Notes: generated by a model not told the origin, from the letters alone. A stretch of DNA of 63,981 bases, filler included, from Lenisia limosa (GCA_001655205.1; 14 parts of 14 records of this genome joined end to end with filler, not necessarily neighbours in it); one strand, 5' to 3'; numbered from the whole stretch's first letter, positions 12,101 through 25,864 are shown. A program made the numbers and translations.

Positions 12101-15100
12101 AGCAACATGAAAATGATGGCGCCACTGGTGCGCAAAATTGCAAGAGAGGGGCTTGTTACGCTTGAGCAAGTCATTTCAATCTTCAAAATTACTTGCGTAA
12201 GCACGTCATTGAGCAAAATGCAAAATTATTTGAGAATAAATCCTTTGCAATATTCTCTGAATTGCTACTTCCTTTGCCTTCACACTTATTGCTACTTCAT
12301 TTGCCTGTACACTTGTTGTTGACCTCATTGCCGCAGACGTGCCACCCCTCAGACCACAGTTTCCTGAGCCTTTTGCTCAAAGACGTGGTAGTGGAGCTCT
12401 CAACAGAGAAACAGTCTCAGTTCATCAGAATATTGGAACAGTGGGGGGGGGGGGCGTTGGAGAAGTGGAGGGTGTNNNNNNNNNNNNNNNNNNNNNNNNN
12501 NNNNNNNNNNNNNNNNNNNNNNNNNNNNNNNNNNNNNNNNNNNNNNNNNNNNNNNGTTTTAGACACTCGAAGGGTTCTTCTGGGCTGCAGAAGTGGGATT
12601 CATGGATTTTAGAGCTTTTGATGGAAGTTGGTATGTTGGGGGTCTCACGGCTTACTCCTATTGCTTCTGCCTAACCACTAGCACTGTACGATTCTTCAAG
12701 TCAGGTGTTTGACGAGGTGATTGCCCTGTTCGTCAAGTTCCTTTACGCATACTCTGAGGTAGGACTTGTAACCTCATTACCATTTCTGTTTTTTTTGCAG
12801 TAGAGTACCAACTATATGTCAGCAGAGTTGTAAGGCAAATGATTGGGTGAATTAATAGGATACTCTTATTCAGTTTTTATTAGAAGCTTGATGGTGTGGA
12901 AGGCTTCTCCCATATATCACCTATTTTTATTTTTTATTTTGTATTTTTTAATATCATTACAACATGTACTGATTCCGTGTCAGGCCAAAGCTGATGAAAC
13001 GTCGGCAGTGGAGGCGTCCAATGCCATTTCTCTCATGCTCTGCAACCCAGGAGTCAAAACGGAGCAGATGTGGGGGGGGGGGGGNNNNNNNNNNNNNNNN
13101 NNNNNNNNNNNNNNNNNNNNNNNNNNNNNNNNNNNNNNNNNNNNNNNNNNNNNNNNNNNNNNNNNNNNNNNNNNNNNNNNNNNNNNACCGAATAATCTGA
13201 AACTGTGGGACACGTTTTGCTCACAAGCTGATTGCACTAAATGTGACGATGTAGTCTGAACTTCATTGATACTGCATGGTCCTCGAAGAACCCCATGCTG
13301 GCTCATGCCTGTCATGAAATTAGTGGGAGGGGGGCTGTTGCCATGAAATTGGTGGGAGGGGGGAGCACGACATTCTGTGTGTTCATTTTACCCTATGTTA
13401 CGCACTCAGTTGCGCGATACGCCAATGATGAGAACGCTCAAAACAACGGGGCGATCGAGGAGAAGGTTTGTTGCTTTTGATCACCCTCCCCCTAATTCTC
13501 ATTTAATGTTACACATTAACGGCTTACCTGATAGTACTTTTTCGCTCATTTTGACATATCCCCCTCCAGTGCAAAGAGTGCTCATTGACGCTGCAAGACC
13601 GGGCAGATGACTGCGCCGCCTTCATGGCCGATGGCAAGCGTGGGCGGTGGATTTGATAAACACGTAGTAATATCGTAGTAAGATCGTAATGATATCGAGG
13701 ATCTTGTGGAAGCAGTCTTTCTTTTCGGAGACGGCCAGTCTTGCGCTCATGGTTCAGATGTATATTCTGTGGAGGCAACTTTGAAGATGATAGGTGCTGT
13801 GGCCAAGTGCTCAGGCGGAAACCTGAAGTGGGGGGGGGGGGAGCAACTGTATTTGGCCAAATATCAGAGACTCTATGCTACTTTTATAAACTCTTTATTT
13901 TTACTGTGTAGTCGTGAGATGCTGAAGACTATTCTCTACGCAAAGCACTCGGACAAAAGCTTCCTCGAGTCTAAGTGGGGAGGGCTGCGTGTGGATACTT
14001 TGATCTTGGTATTGCGTTTGGAGCAGTGATAATGCCAGCAGTGTTTATGGCGACTACCTTCAGATGTGGCTGGGTGTCTTCAGTGACAGCTTCTTAGACG
14101 AGGTGGGCTTGAAAGGCACTTCTGAGAACACGCGTCACCTCCCCTGAGTCATGTTTGTATCATATTATAGTACTAAATGTGTTACTGAATTAGTATTTCT
14201 ATCATCAATATCTTTTCTAAACGCGATGGTTTGGACTGTTTCAGCCCGATGTGATGTCATTTAGGCCTTGCATTGGCTTGCTCTTGAAGTTCTCCCGCCC
14301 CTTCTTTCTGATGAACAGTTTGCGGCAATAACCTCACATTGAAACTTCCATGAGTACTCTATACATATAGTACATCTGTCTTGTCCCGTTGCCGAATAGC
14401 AGATGACCGTTTAGGCCGAAGATTGTAGAGCTGACTGGTGCCCTTGCTTATCGCATGCAGCCGAATGTGGGACTGGGTGTGCTAAAACCTTGTTTTACCT
14501 TTATCACTTTGAGACAAGCTTAGATGAAGACTTTATATTTCTGGTCATTTTCAAGGATGTTTTCTCGCTGTTGTGGGACCCAATGCTGGACCTTGCCTAT
14601 GAGAACAGCACCAAACTGGAGGCGGGGCTCCTGGCCGCCCTGGTGTCTACTAAGGACTCGTCAGTTGTCACCAAAGTCGTTCAGAACTCTGTTGCTATGT
14701 TGGGGGGCTCTGTTTGAGGTGATAGCTCTTTGGAAGGAGTTTTAGTTCTCTTTGTTACTCATCTCACCCCCTGCAGTTTTGAATTGGTCAATGCCGGTGC
14801 TAAGAGTGACCTGGCTATTCATCGGGCGTTAAAGTGGGGGGGGGGNNNNNNNNNNNNNNNNNNNNNNNNNNNNNNNNNNNNNNNNNNNNNNNNNNNNNNN
14901 NNNNNNNNNNTTAAAGTATGGTTCTCGTTATAATATGTCCGACTTCAAATTGTGAAAATAATTTTTTAATTAATTACACGGAGCCCTGCTAATAATACGT
15001 AATACAAGCCAGCAAAGGCTGTGTCACTGAATGGACTCTTCGGAATAGCGATATGAGTGGCCATTTAAGTATTTGAGGAAGTATTATCAGTATCAACTAA

Positions 15101-17994
15101 ATAATCAGGGCCCTGTCGTTTGTGAAGAAGCTTATTTCCAAAGTGCCGAGCCGGCCGACTGCTTTCACTGATATCCCAGTTTGCGGGTTTTGAGAAGGGG
15201 TCAAAGTCTTCTAATAAGGGCACAGTCAAATGTGCTCGAGATTTGCCATTAACAATGCTTCAGAAGGACTATGCGTTGAAGGTCCAAGTTCGGATGCAGA
15301 ACCCAAAGAGCATGATGCCCGGTCACCAGACCCTTAGTATCCGTATGAATCTTCATCTATCGATATTCCCTTAGCATCCGTATGAATCTTCACCTGGTAT
15401 TATTCCCTTAGCATCCGTATGAATCTTCACCTGGTATCGATATTTTCAGTTTTTGTTACCATATCATGTGGTAACCCTATTAATACGTCTTCATACTCTG
15501 GTATGAAATTGTGTCCGCAGCTAATTCAGGTTATTTGGATATTTCCTTGTTCACGCTGCAGCGACATACAACAGGGAGCCTCTGCAGAGCATCATCACCA
15601 GAGCCCGTCTGGCTCTCGAGGTCCTGTCTCCCGTGCTCCAGACTCAGATGAACAGCCAGGTCCCGAAAATGCACTCCCAGGTGGGGCCTCATTCAGCCAC
15701 AAAGGATTTAGTATTATCTCTCGATAAATCCTCAATACTCTCGATAAAATAAATCCTCAATATTATCGTGATTATCGCTCTGTTTCGGACTTGACCTCGA
15801 AGCTGCCTCTTCCTGCGTACCATATCGCGGTGCCACAGTCACATCAGGAAGGTTGGCTGGATTATCGTCATTTACATTGCCTCAACTCTCCTTCTTGTCA
15901 CTCCCTTTTGCTAATCTGGACCACATATCTCTTCGTTCATTTCCTTTCCCTCTTTCATTCTTGTGCAGTTGGTCCGGTGAGCCCCTCTAGACCCCTCAAA
16001 AGGTCTCTTGCAGACTCTGTCGACTCCGTAAGGGGGATTGTCCAAAGATGTTGCATTCATGGGTCTCGTATTATAGTATCACTCACTATGTAGCCGTCGG
16101 CTGGCATGCAAGCAGAATCAGTTAGCTGGTTGAACGTAACTCTCGGCATTTTTGTTTAAGTCAGGGTTGTTAACCAGTTTGGTCTTGGTATTTACCCCTT
16201 TAGGATAACATACAGACAGAGTCCGAGCTATCCCTCTCACCAAGGTATGTAATGCTCTCTCTTTTTCTTTCTGACATTCCAGTCTCTCTTCGACTGACGA
16301 AGCCGAGCAGCCAACTTTGGTATGTATCATGGACATCATAAGCAACTAGGGCATTGCTGAATATTATAAAATACGCTGGGCATTGGTGTTTATATATTAC
16401 TTGTACTCTTTGAGAGACCTGAGCCTTCTTGGCAAACAGTAACCCCCCCCCCCCCNNNNNNNNNNNNNNNNNNNNNNNNNNNNNNNNNNNNNNNNNNNNN
16501 NNNNNNNNNNNNNNNNNNNNNNNNNNNNNNNNNNNNNNNNNNNNNNNNNNNNNNNNNNNNNNNNNNNNNNNNNNNNNNNNNNNNNNNNNNNNNNNNNNNN
16601 NNNNNNNNNNNNNNNNNNNNNNNNNNNNNNNNNNNNNNNNNNNNNNNNNNNNNNNNNNNNNNNNNNNNNNNNNNNNNNNNNNNNNNNNNNNNNNNNNNNN
16701 NNNNNNNNNNNNNNNNNNNNNNNNNNNNNNNNNNNNNNNNNNNNNNNNNNNNNNNNNNNNNNNNNNNNNNNNNNNNNNNNNNNNNNNNNNNNNNNNNNNN
16801 NNNNNNNNNNNNNNNNGTCCCTTCCCGGCACGCAGACAAATGATGTGCTGTGCACCATGGTACGAACTACTTTGATTAACCTCAACAATTGCATCCCTTT
16901 GATTATCTTAATCCCACACTCATACCTATTTGTCAGCTGACCAGCCCAGAATCGCCAGCAGTTGGACTTCAACCGAATGACTGCAGGCGAAGTGAAGGAG
17001 AACCACTTCCTGGCTGTGTCATGTGCCCAGGATGAGGTGGGGGGGGGGGNNNNNNNNNNNNNNNNNNNNNNNNNNNNNNNNNNNNNNNNNNNNNNNNNNN
17101 NNNNNNNNNNNNNNNNNNNNNNNNNNNNNNNNNNNNNNNNNNNNNNNNNNNNNNNAAAGCTGGTGAATCGGCCTCTGTAACATTTTAATTACTAACCCAT
17201 TAGCCTTAATTGCTCGAACATTAGCCTTAATTGCTCTAACATTAGCCTTAATTGTTCTAACCAATTAGCCATGCACTTCAGTGTGCCCCTTCCACCCCGC
17301 TATTTTAATGTGTCATCCCCAGGCATTTATGGCTGTCTGGAATTTATGCCGGTTTGAGGGACTGTTGCCTTTAGTTCTTGATCTCTTACACTCTAATAAA
17401 CCAGGTCCGAGGTAAATGATCGGTTCAAAGAATTGGCTCAGTCTGCATACCATCTTCTCGAGGCGCTGCCCGTGCCGCCATGTGTCATGAGACCCCTTGT
17501 GGTGGAGCCAATGATGAAGTGTGACTCTCTCGACGAGGTTGGTGCATTAGGATGCAAGGTTGGTGCAAGAGATACATGACCGTTATCACCGCATGTGATA
17601 GGACATTGGATTCTGCTTCCACCCCTTTCGATCACCCCCCAGTCGCAAACGCGCCTCCTCAGCCTCATGGAGACGTACTGGTCCGACGTTCCGTCCTCGT
17701 GGTCTGGCCTGGCTGCCTTCACCAAGACCAGCGCCGACCTGGGCTTCGACTCTGACCTTGGCCTTCTGAGCCTCTTCGAACGCGTGGGAGGGCACGGAAT
17801 GTTTACTGTTTGAGAACGGGGTGGCGTGATTCAACTTTGTTATACATAAAAGGCATGTGATAATCTTGTCATAACCTGACCATTGATTAATCCTGTCGCT
17901 GACGGCCTAGTTGGGTACTGAGAAATCACTGCACCATTGCCTCTACCTGGATACTATCGCTCACACTCTCCTCACCCGTGAACTCGGCAGCTGC
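9137..17994 (+). CDS. Large alpha-helical protein resembling the N-terminal half of USP9X/USP24/USP34 deubiquitinases (truncated at contig end)
   Basis: More than 30 GT-AG exons of helical character. WAMSVAATNIVSRIF..MAPLVRKIAREGLVTLEQVISIF..HPSDHSFLSLLLKDVVVELSTEKQSQFIRIL resembles, from recall, USP9X '[53 protein letters not shown]'; later SAYHLLEALPVP. No catalytic USP motif is seen before the contig break. Confidence 0.55.
15331..15443 (+). repeat. 37-bp tandem repeat x3 spanning an exon end and GT donor
   Basis: CCCTTAG(T/C)ATCC|GTATGAATCTTCA... at 15331, 15368 and 15405. Confidence 0.9.
17199..17261 (+). repeat. 21-bp tandem repeat x3 (intronic)
   Basis: ATTAGCCTTAATTGCTC(G/T)AAC repeated three times. 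Confidence 0.9.
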
Positions 17995-18094
17995 NNNNNN
18001 NNNNNNNNNNNNNNNNNNNNNNNNNNNNNNNNNNNNNNTTAATTAATTAANNNNNNNNNNNNNNNNNNNNNNNNNNNNNNNNNNNNNNNNNNNN
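17995..18094. other. Artificial contig-join spacer (N44-TTAATTAATTAA-N44), first of 13
   Basis: The identical 12-mer with stops in all six frames, centred in N runs, occurs at 18039, 23548, 25809, 27552, 29328, 35342, 37867, 41932, 43042, 55210, 56781, 61310 and 62895. Confidence 0.97.
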
Positions 18095-18465
18095 TGAAGT
18101 GCAGTTTCTGACCTGATGTGCATCTTTATTCCATGGATGATCACACTTTGAATAGCTGCTATATTCCTGCTTTTTTGGACTGGGCTTTCTGTTTATGATT
18201 TCCCTGTCTGGTAATTAGCAAACATCTCATTTTTTTTTAGTCCAAAGAAGCCCCGCCATCCGTCATTAAAGACGGAATGATGGACTTTGACTGGATAGGG
18301 TTTTGACCTTGTCTTTGTCAGCCCCCCCCCTTTTTTTTTCAATTCGAAAAAGAAATTTTGCTCTGATTCTTATCACACAATAAGTATTTACATATCATAT
18401 GCATATCTACATATCGTATAAGATGATACAATTAAATAAAGAGCGACTTGAATCTACGCTGGTGA

Positions 18466-21400
18466 CTAGTACGCTTCAATACCTATTAACATGAAGAAGT
18501 AAAGATTATGTACGACAAACCGGTTGAATAAACGGTTTCCTGAAGGAACGATTCCACATCAAAAGCAGGCATGGCCACTGAGAGAAGCTCTTCCTCACTC
18601 CATACTGACAGGTCTTCCAAGGGCTGAAAGATAAACTAACGATTCTTCAACAAAGATTCTAAATAAAAAAACGATAACACTCACGTCATCTAAAGAGCCG
18701 TCTTCGTGCGGGGTGAGAATTTCAAAAGGAACAGGAGCCTGTTGAGGTTAAAACCCTTCACATATTGTATTTCTACAGCCTCTACAGACAACCAAGAAAC
18801 AGACTTTTTGCGAAGACCGTGCGGATAAGGACAGGTAGTTGTACTGGTTGAACTTCTCAACTCTCTCTCGAATTAATCTATCTTCATCCTAAAACCGTCA
18901 GAAATGCGGTAATGGCAAGTGGTCTCACATTCAATTGTTGGTATTCTGACTCCATGATATTCTTTGAGACCCAATTGTCGATCAGTTTGGGCTTGACATG
19001 CAGATGAACCTGAGACACAATGTTCTTGTTTGCTACAGATAGTAAATGAAAGTAGAAGGCAATGATATATTTCCAATAGGCTCACAGCTCTTCCATTTGG
19101 GTGGGGTGTAGGGAATCAAGGTTTTGAGGAGCTTGAACAATAAGAAGTGGAGGGAAAAAAAAGTCAAACTTTCAGTGCATAAAGTTGAAGGCAGTCTTCA
19201 CCAATCTTGTTAAGACGACGGATAATGGCCTAAATGGAATTAAGCCCTCATTGTCACTGCCTCAACAAACCGGCCCCTTGTATTTGACCATAATGAGAGC
19301 GCGAGGGGGTGAGGTCTTGATCAACTATTTCGTGAGAATTGTTGGCAATTTTCTGTTTGAGAAAGAAATATGAACTCCAGTTACTTTTTGGAGAATTCTC
19401 AAGAAATTAATGATGGAGAGGATATTGCGATGACAGGAGGAAACAGGAAGATCTGTAAAAGTCAGATAAGGGATTTGTAAGAAGTTGTCTTTTTCAAAAA
19501 GAAACGGGGAACATACCAGAAGCAGTAGTGCCAGTTGGAAGTGGGTCATCAGCAGGTGAAGGGTTGGGGGGGTGTAGAAATCTTTGATGTTTAAAAAGTA
19601 TAATAGCTCATTTCTTTCTCTGAGAGAACCACATATCATGTGGCTGTTCAAAATTCTAGTTTTTCGGTGATTCTGGGTTTGTTTTTCTCTTGAGTAGACG
19701 ATTTGTTTTTTGTATTTATAATTCTTATAACCTATGGTATACGACATTATGTGTAATTTTGATGATATTTTTGGATTAAATACTCCGATTTGAGGTGATT
19801 TACGACCATTTTGCTTTGAAAAAAATGAGTTCACATTTTGCCAAATTGTTTACCTTTTTGATAACTTCCATAAATTGTCCCACAAAATACCATTAAATTA
19901 CCACAATTAAAAACTATCCTAATCAGGAAAGTTCATTCATGACTTTCCCATGAAAGGAAAGTGGTGTTGCTTATCTTTGTTTAAACCCTGAAATTACATT
20001 TTTATCCCCTTTGAAAACAGTTTTCTTAGCTTAAATTTGGATTTTTTTTTTCTTTGTAAATAGATGGCATGTCATACTCGTCTTCAATTGGCTTGTGGAC
20101 TCTTCTCTGGTTAATGCGTGGTTATTATACAAGCATGTAGGCGGACCAATCGAAAGAATGAATTGTGTTTTCTTATGGATTCAACACAAGTATTCTTGTA
20201 TCTATAATCTTGATATAATAAGCTTTAGTGCTATATTATTTGACTTCTATTATATTTGTTAACCAAGGCATCATGTATTCTCTCTCAAAACCCATAACCA
20301 GTGTGTAGTTCAATTTCCGAAAATATTGAAAATTCTGTCCAACACTAGGTGGAGTCAATTCAGCGGAATTGTCGAGTAAATGAATAATAGTCGCCCTAAA
20401 TGGCAATGTAAAGCTTGCAAAGTTATATGTCGTGGATATTTTGAAATGCTTCATTGAATTGATTATTACATCATATTTTCAAAGAATCACTGTGTTATTA
20501 GCTTCCTTTTTCTCGTTATACGTAAATAACAACAAAGTGTCATTCAAATAACCTTGACAAGAATTTGCAACTGACTTTTGAAATGAAATAGAAAACAAAT
20601 CACCCCAAAGATGAAGGTGACCAAAGTCAAGATCATTNNNNNNNNNNNNNNNNNNNNNNNNNNNNNNNNNNNNNNNNNNNNNNNNNNNNNNNNNNNNNNN
20701 NNNNNNNNNNNNNNNNNNNNNNNNNNNNNNNNNNNNNNNNNNNNNNNNNNNNNNNNNNNNNNNNNNNNNNNNNNNNNNNNNNNNNNNNNNNNNNNAGTTG
20801 TTCCATTTGCGTAGTTGTCTTACTCTTTGCTTGGGCGGTTGAAGCACGCGGTGGCAAATTGCTTAAGGTCATGGTTTGTTGATTTGAGGATGAGGAGAAT
20901 GGCATTAGAGTCACACAATATGTGAGAAAGATGAAGGAATTGATCACGGTCTATTAGGTGAGATAAACAGTCAAATAAAGCTCCTACGGTTGTGCTTGAA
21001 ACCTCTCAGAAGGATGAGAATGGTGGAAGAAATGGCAGTCACTGTGATTTCACGGTGCCTCATGAGATCAAGGGGACAAACTTTGGCTAAAGCTGTATTG
21101 TTAGCAAAGATCTGAGTAAATATAAAAAAACGACAACATTCAACATAATCAAAAGTATGTTGTACCTTTTGGGTTTTCTTTGAGTTGTTCAGCAGACGGT
21201 TCTAATTTATTAAAATGAGGCTATGAAGAAAGTATAACACTACTATACGTATCATAACATACTATGTATTATATGATTTGTATATTATGTATACTTTCAT
21301 GCAGGCAACAAACGGACCTATGGATACTTCAGGGGAGAAGTCAATGGTTCCAACATAATCGCTTATGGTGGGTACTGCAGCAAGGACCAATTTGAGGAGG

Positions 21401-23400
21401 GCAATGATTTGGCGGCTTAAAGTCGGAAGAATGGCTCGCTGATCAGTCAAGATAGCGTTTTTGCTTTCTGACTTACATAAAGAACTTCAGCAGCGGACGG
21501 CTTCACCAGTGAGCAACGAGGCACCGACTCGAATGTTGCCATACTATATCCGTTATGATTAAAATCGGTGCATACTCATGTGCGGCTTGTTCGTCACATA
21601 TGGGTACGTTTCGGAGGTCTTTCTGGTCCCTATAACATGAATTAAACATCCAAGGGGGTGAAAACACTCCACACTCACGGTTCATTGAGATGCTTAATTG
21701 TACTTTCAATGTTCACTTGGTGGGTGGGGGTATGGAGGTGCGCCTTTGCGACGTTCAGACCTTCGGTAATGAAAGGTGGGATTCCATCTTCATGTCCACA
21801 CGCTGTAAAGTCTATAATAGTGACAGGCAAAGAACAACAAGACCAACAATGGTTCTCCATGTTTTCGAGAAGACTGTTGATATCCTCTGGGTGGGCTTTT
21901 GCCAGAAACTCTAAATAAATAATAAATAGCAAAGAGTGAGACCGTCATTATTAATGGTCGGACCTCTATCTTGGCTTGGAATCATTGGAACCTCCCCAAA
22001 TGTTGCCCTAACCGTCTTCCATAAACAGAGAAGAATCTAAAACATTAGCCGTTTTCATCCCTAGGCAAGAAGTGGAAGCAACTGACCTTTTTAATTGGTC
22101 GTCTGTTTGGAGATGGGTCATTGAACCGTCCTGTCAACGCCAGAAGAGTACTAGCAAGTGGAGGGCCTCCATTCTTAGGCTCAGCTGCTTTGGTCAAAAG
22201 AACCCAAAGAATTTACTCCTTACAAAGTTCATCAACAAAAGCCTGATCGTTGTCGTTGAAAAGAATAAGAAGGTAAAGGAGAGTAAGGACTGATGCGGCA
22301 AAGCGATCACCTCCATAGCCACCTTCAGTTGGTGGCTCTGTCTGCACCCTGTTGTGCATAATAGGAATAACAATCCATCAAACCACAATAATGCGATGAA
22401 GTTGAAAATGACAAAATAATCATACACCATACACATATTACAAAACTAGGTAGCTTTCAAAAAAATGTCTATTGTATAGAAGCAAGAAAATATTGACTGC
22501 TTTGCCTACGTGGTTGTCAGCGAATTAACTAAAGAAACGACGGGAGGTAAGAGACCCAGTCTGAAGGACCTTTTGGAAGCGGTTGCCATATGTTTGAGTT
22601 GGATTTCACACTGCTCCTCAAACTAAATAATATAGTGAAGAAATTAGTTTCGGTCAAAAAGGAGGAAAACATCTTTTTCCAAGTTACTCACCTGTTCAGG
22701 TGAAAGTTCATCAAAGCATCCATGATATCGGGAAGAAGAGAAATCGGGGGAGAAAGCACCAGCCTCAAGGGTATGCACGAGAGCAAGAAGTGCCCGTGAT
22801 GACTAACACATGAAAAGAATGAATAAATAGAAGCCATCATCACCCCCCCCCCTCCAACATGGGTGGAGCTTTCAAGTCTATTTATCAGAAAAATCAAGAA
22901 TTCATCTTTCTTCTTTGGCACCAGCGTATGGTAAGGGACTTGTCCCGCTGAGGCATGAGGAAACCAAGAAAGGGAACAAAGCAATGTAAACCTTGAAAAT
23001 TGATTGCACCCAGTACCCACCAAATTCGGTTAAGAATGTGGTGAAGGGCTCTTGTTGACCATTCTCAGCGGTCTTCCACTCAAACTCCGCATGGGTGTAG
23101 AACTCACTCACTTCCTGGCGAAGGGGTCCCACATCTTTCGCATCAAACTCAAGAACTATTTCCTAGACCGTCAATTCATGATACATCAATTGGAAACTTC
23201 AATGGGAAAACCCAAACCAAACCCATAGTAAAAGGGGTTGGTGATCAATAAATTGGACCTCCCTCTGATCGTCAAACCTTTTTGAGGATGAGTTTCACAG
23301 ACTTGCTCTCAATGGGCGGGGTTGGCTGTGGAGTTGGAGGTACTTCCCTTGGGCTAAGAGGGGGTGATGACATTGTGAGCGCCCTTGATTTGCCCTTGAT
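18466..23400 (-). CDS. STRIP1: Striatin-interacting protein (STRIP1/FAM40/Far11), STRIPAK subunit; 5' partial
   Basis: Colinear motifs: LEFDAKDVGPLRQEVSEFYTHAEF; RPIKK; GIPPFITEGLNVAKAHLHTP; AEVLYRAILPTLSRQIIALLKLVLAAVP; LDLMRHREITVTAISSTILILLR; QFLHLSHILCDSNAILLILK; CHRNILSIINFLRILQKVT; LQLYALKLLKTLIPY..KWKS; VHLHVKPKLIDNW; LIRERVEKFNQYNY; TAG stop at 18466. Confidence 0.9.
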
Positions 23401-23634
23401 TAAATCAAATGACTTCCTTCCGTTTTTCAGATTCTCTCAAGTCAAAGGTCAAGTTCAAGCCTCAAGTGTTGCAATACTCCGGTTGTTTTTCTGTGGATGT
23501 TTTNNNNNNNNNNNNNNNNNNNNNNNNNNNNNNNNNNNNNNNNNNNNTTAATTAATTAANNNNNNNNNNNNNNNNNNNNNNNNNNNNNNNNNNNNNNNNN
23601 NNNACCCCCATATTATATGGGTCCTCTGTCTCTG

Positions 23635-23666
<32 letters not shown>

Positions 23667-23749
23667 TTCTCTGCAAACCAAATACAGAATTTTACTCTCT
23701 CTCTCTCTCCCCAAATGAAAAACAGTACTTTATCCCCATCCCCAGTACC

Positions 23750-25250
23750 TCAAAAATGAGTTGATCCTCACTTTCGCTCTTAAACCGGATAAACGACATC
23801 TCCGACCTCACTGCAAAAAAAAAGGGGGTAAAATTGGAACATTTATGAAACAAAAAAGGCCCAAACCCTTATGAAACTCAACTCTGTTGGCTGACAACAC
23901 ACAAGGGTTGANNNNNNNNNNNNNNNNNNNNNNNNNNNNNNNNNNNNNNNNNNNNNNNNNNNNNNNNNNNNNNNNNNNNNNNNNNNNNNNNNNNNNNNNN
24001 NNNNNNNNNNNNNNAGTGTTTGAGGGGAGGGGGGGATAAACACAGGAAAATTTAGACAAGGGTTTAACAACAAAACAAACAAAGCCCAGGGTGAGGTGGG
24101 GTGTAAATGAAGAAAATTTTGATGAAGAATATTGGTGGAGACGAACCGAATAACCTGAAACGCTAAATAAACAAAAAACAAAAAACAAGCAATAACAACC
24201 ACGAGCAACCAACGCCAAAACAAGACAAACACCAGATGATAAAAACACACAAAAAAAACGAAGGAAATTTCGATGAAGTACCGCGGGGGGGATGGGGGAT
24301 GAGATGTCAACATATTGGATCCGGGTCAATATTTTGACTCGAAAGTCGGCTCTGTGATCTCACTTGCGGATATGGGTCAACAACATATGATATACTTATC
24401 TCAATATGCTAGCTACCTTTTTGAACGTGCGCTTGTACTGCCAGACACGCCTTGAAAATTGTGTCTGTAGGATCCAACTGGAAAGTTACATGTATATGTA
24501 CAGTGACCGAGATAAGTCTTGACCGACTTGCTATGTGATTTCCCAAGGACAAGACTTATCCTGGTTACTGTATATGAAGTTGAAGTCTGCTAATTAGGTG
24601 AAAAATATTTTATTCTATTTCAGACATCAGACATTTGGAGTCCTCATCTGAATGCAAAGTAGTTTCTGGGGTCAATGTCAGCTTACCTTCACTCTGAACC
24701 GCTCCGTTCTGAGCCGAAAAGTCACAGAAAAACTGCTCGAAATAGCCACTGGACGTTTACTCTCCGTTTCCAAAGCGGCCTCAGTCGCTTCCTTTTCTTC
24801 TTGAACACCTTCATTATCATCATCACTTTCCTCCTCCATTTCACCCCCATGTTTAAATTCATCTTCCTTTTCACTTTCTGGGGAATAATCATCCAGGGGG
24901 TCAACATACTGCGTGTAGGACTTGTCCAAATCCCGGCCCGCCCGCAGTGCAGGAATACTGTAATCATTTTCTTCCGCAGTTGCTGTACCCGGCTCGTTCT
25001 CCGTTTCAGATCCCGCATTGAAATTTGCATTCGCACCCAGATCCGCATCCATATTCAGATCCAGGTTCGTATTAGCATCACCATCACGCCGGATATGGTT
25101 CATGGGGATGGCGGAGGTGTCGAAGGGAGGAGAAGAAGACGAAAAGGGATCTACGAGATCGCTTAAAGACGTGAATTCGTCATCAGCGTTGTTGAGAACT
25201 TGGCGGGCATTTTTGGAGGCCTCATTTGACTTCTGGACTAAAACCGTGAA
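23750..25250 (-). CDS. Uncharacterised protein with acidic low-complexity region (partial)
   Basis: 141-aa acidic ORF (DDYSPESEKEDEFKHGGEMEEESDDDNE) ending at a GT donor, followed by short exons; frame of the 5' part not resolved. Confidence 0.4.
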
Positions 25251-25409
25251 TTGAGCATTTAAAGCAGGGTTTCAAATGGGGAAAGTTGTCTCGGATAACA
25301 ATTATCAAAGAATAGCCTTCCGTGGAGCGATTTGCGTATATTATTCCATTTTCTAGACGCACAATTAGAATAGTGTGCTTCGGATATCCAAGGTAACTTT
25401 CCCATTTGA

Positions 25410-25510
25410 AACCATGAATTGATCATTTTTGAAAAACCATATTGATCATTGAAAAACCATGAATTGATCATTGAAAAACCATGAATTAATCATTGAAAAC
25501 CGTAAATTGA
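25410..25510 (+). repeat. ~21-bp tandem repeat, about 5 copies
   Basis: AAAAACCATGAATTGATCATTG unit with small variants. Confidence 0.85.
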
Positions 25511-25864
25511 TCATTGAAAAACGGTGAATTTATCTTTTATTGTTAGACGAAAGCCAGCTAAATCTATCTAGAAAATCGTGAATTTTGAAAAGGTAAAAAA
25601 CAAGACTGATTAACAACCCCTAACCCTCTCCTCACATTGCATAAATCCCCCCACCCCCTTGCTTGTCAATAACATCGAAAACCCCAACAACAACGCCCGA
25701 ATTGGGACAAGAAAACATTATTATCATAATGATCACACCATTTATCCCCAACACGATAACCCCANNNNNNNNNNNNNNNNNNNNNNNNNNNNNNNNNNNN
25801 NNNNNNNNTTAATTAATTAANNNNNNNNNNNNNNNNNNNNNNNNNNNNNNNNNNNNNNNNNNNN

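Noticed and set aside
9137-17994. USP9X-like protein apparently lacking a catalytic domain
   Set aside because: The gene is cut by the contig end at 17994, so the absence is uninformative.
18720-18900. Frame resembling gypsy RNase H (SWLSVEAVEIQYVKG)
   Set aside because: The region is explained by STRIP1 exons in another frame (LIRERVEKFNQYNY) and their introns.
23000-23130. FLTEFGGYWVQS resembling a MACPF signature
   Set aside because: It lies in the STRIP1 N-terminal exon and the following intron.
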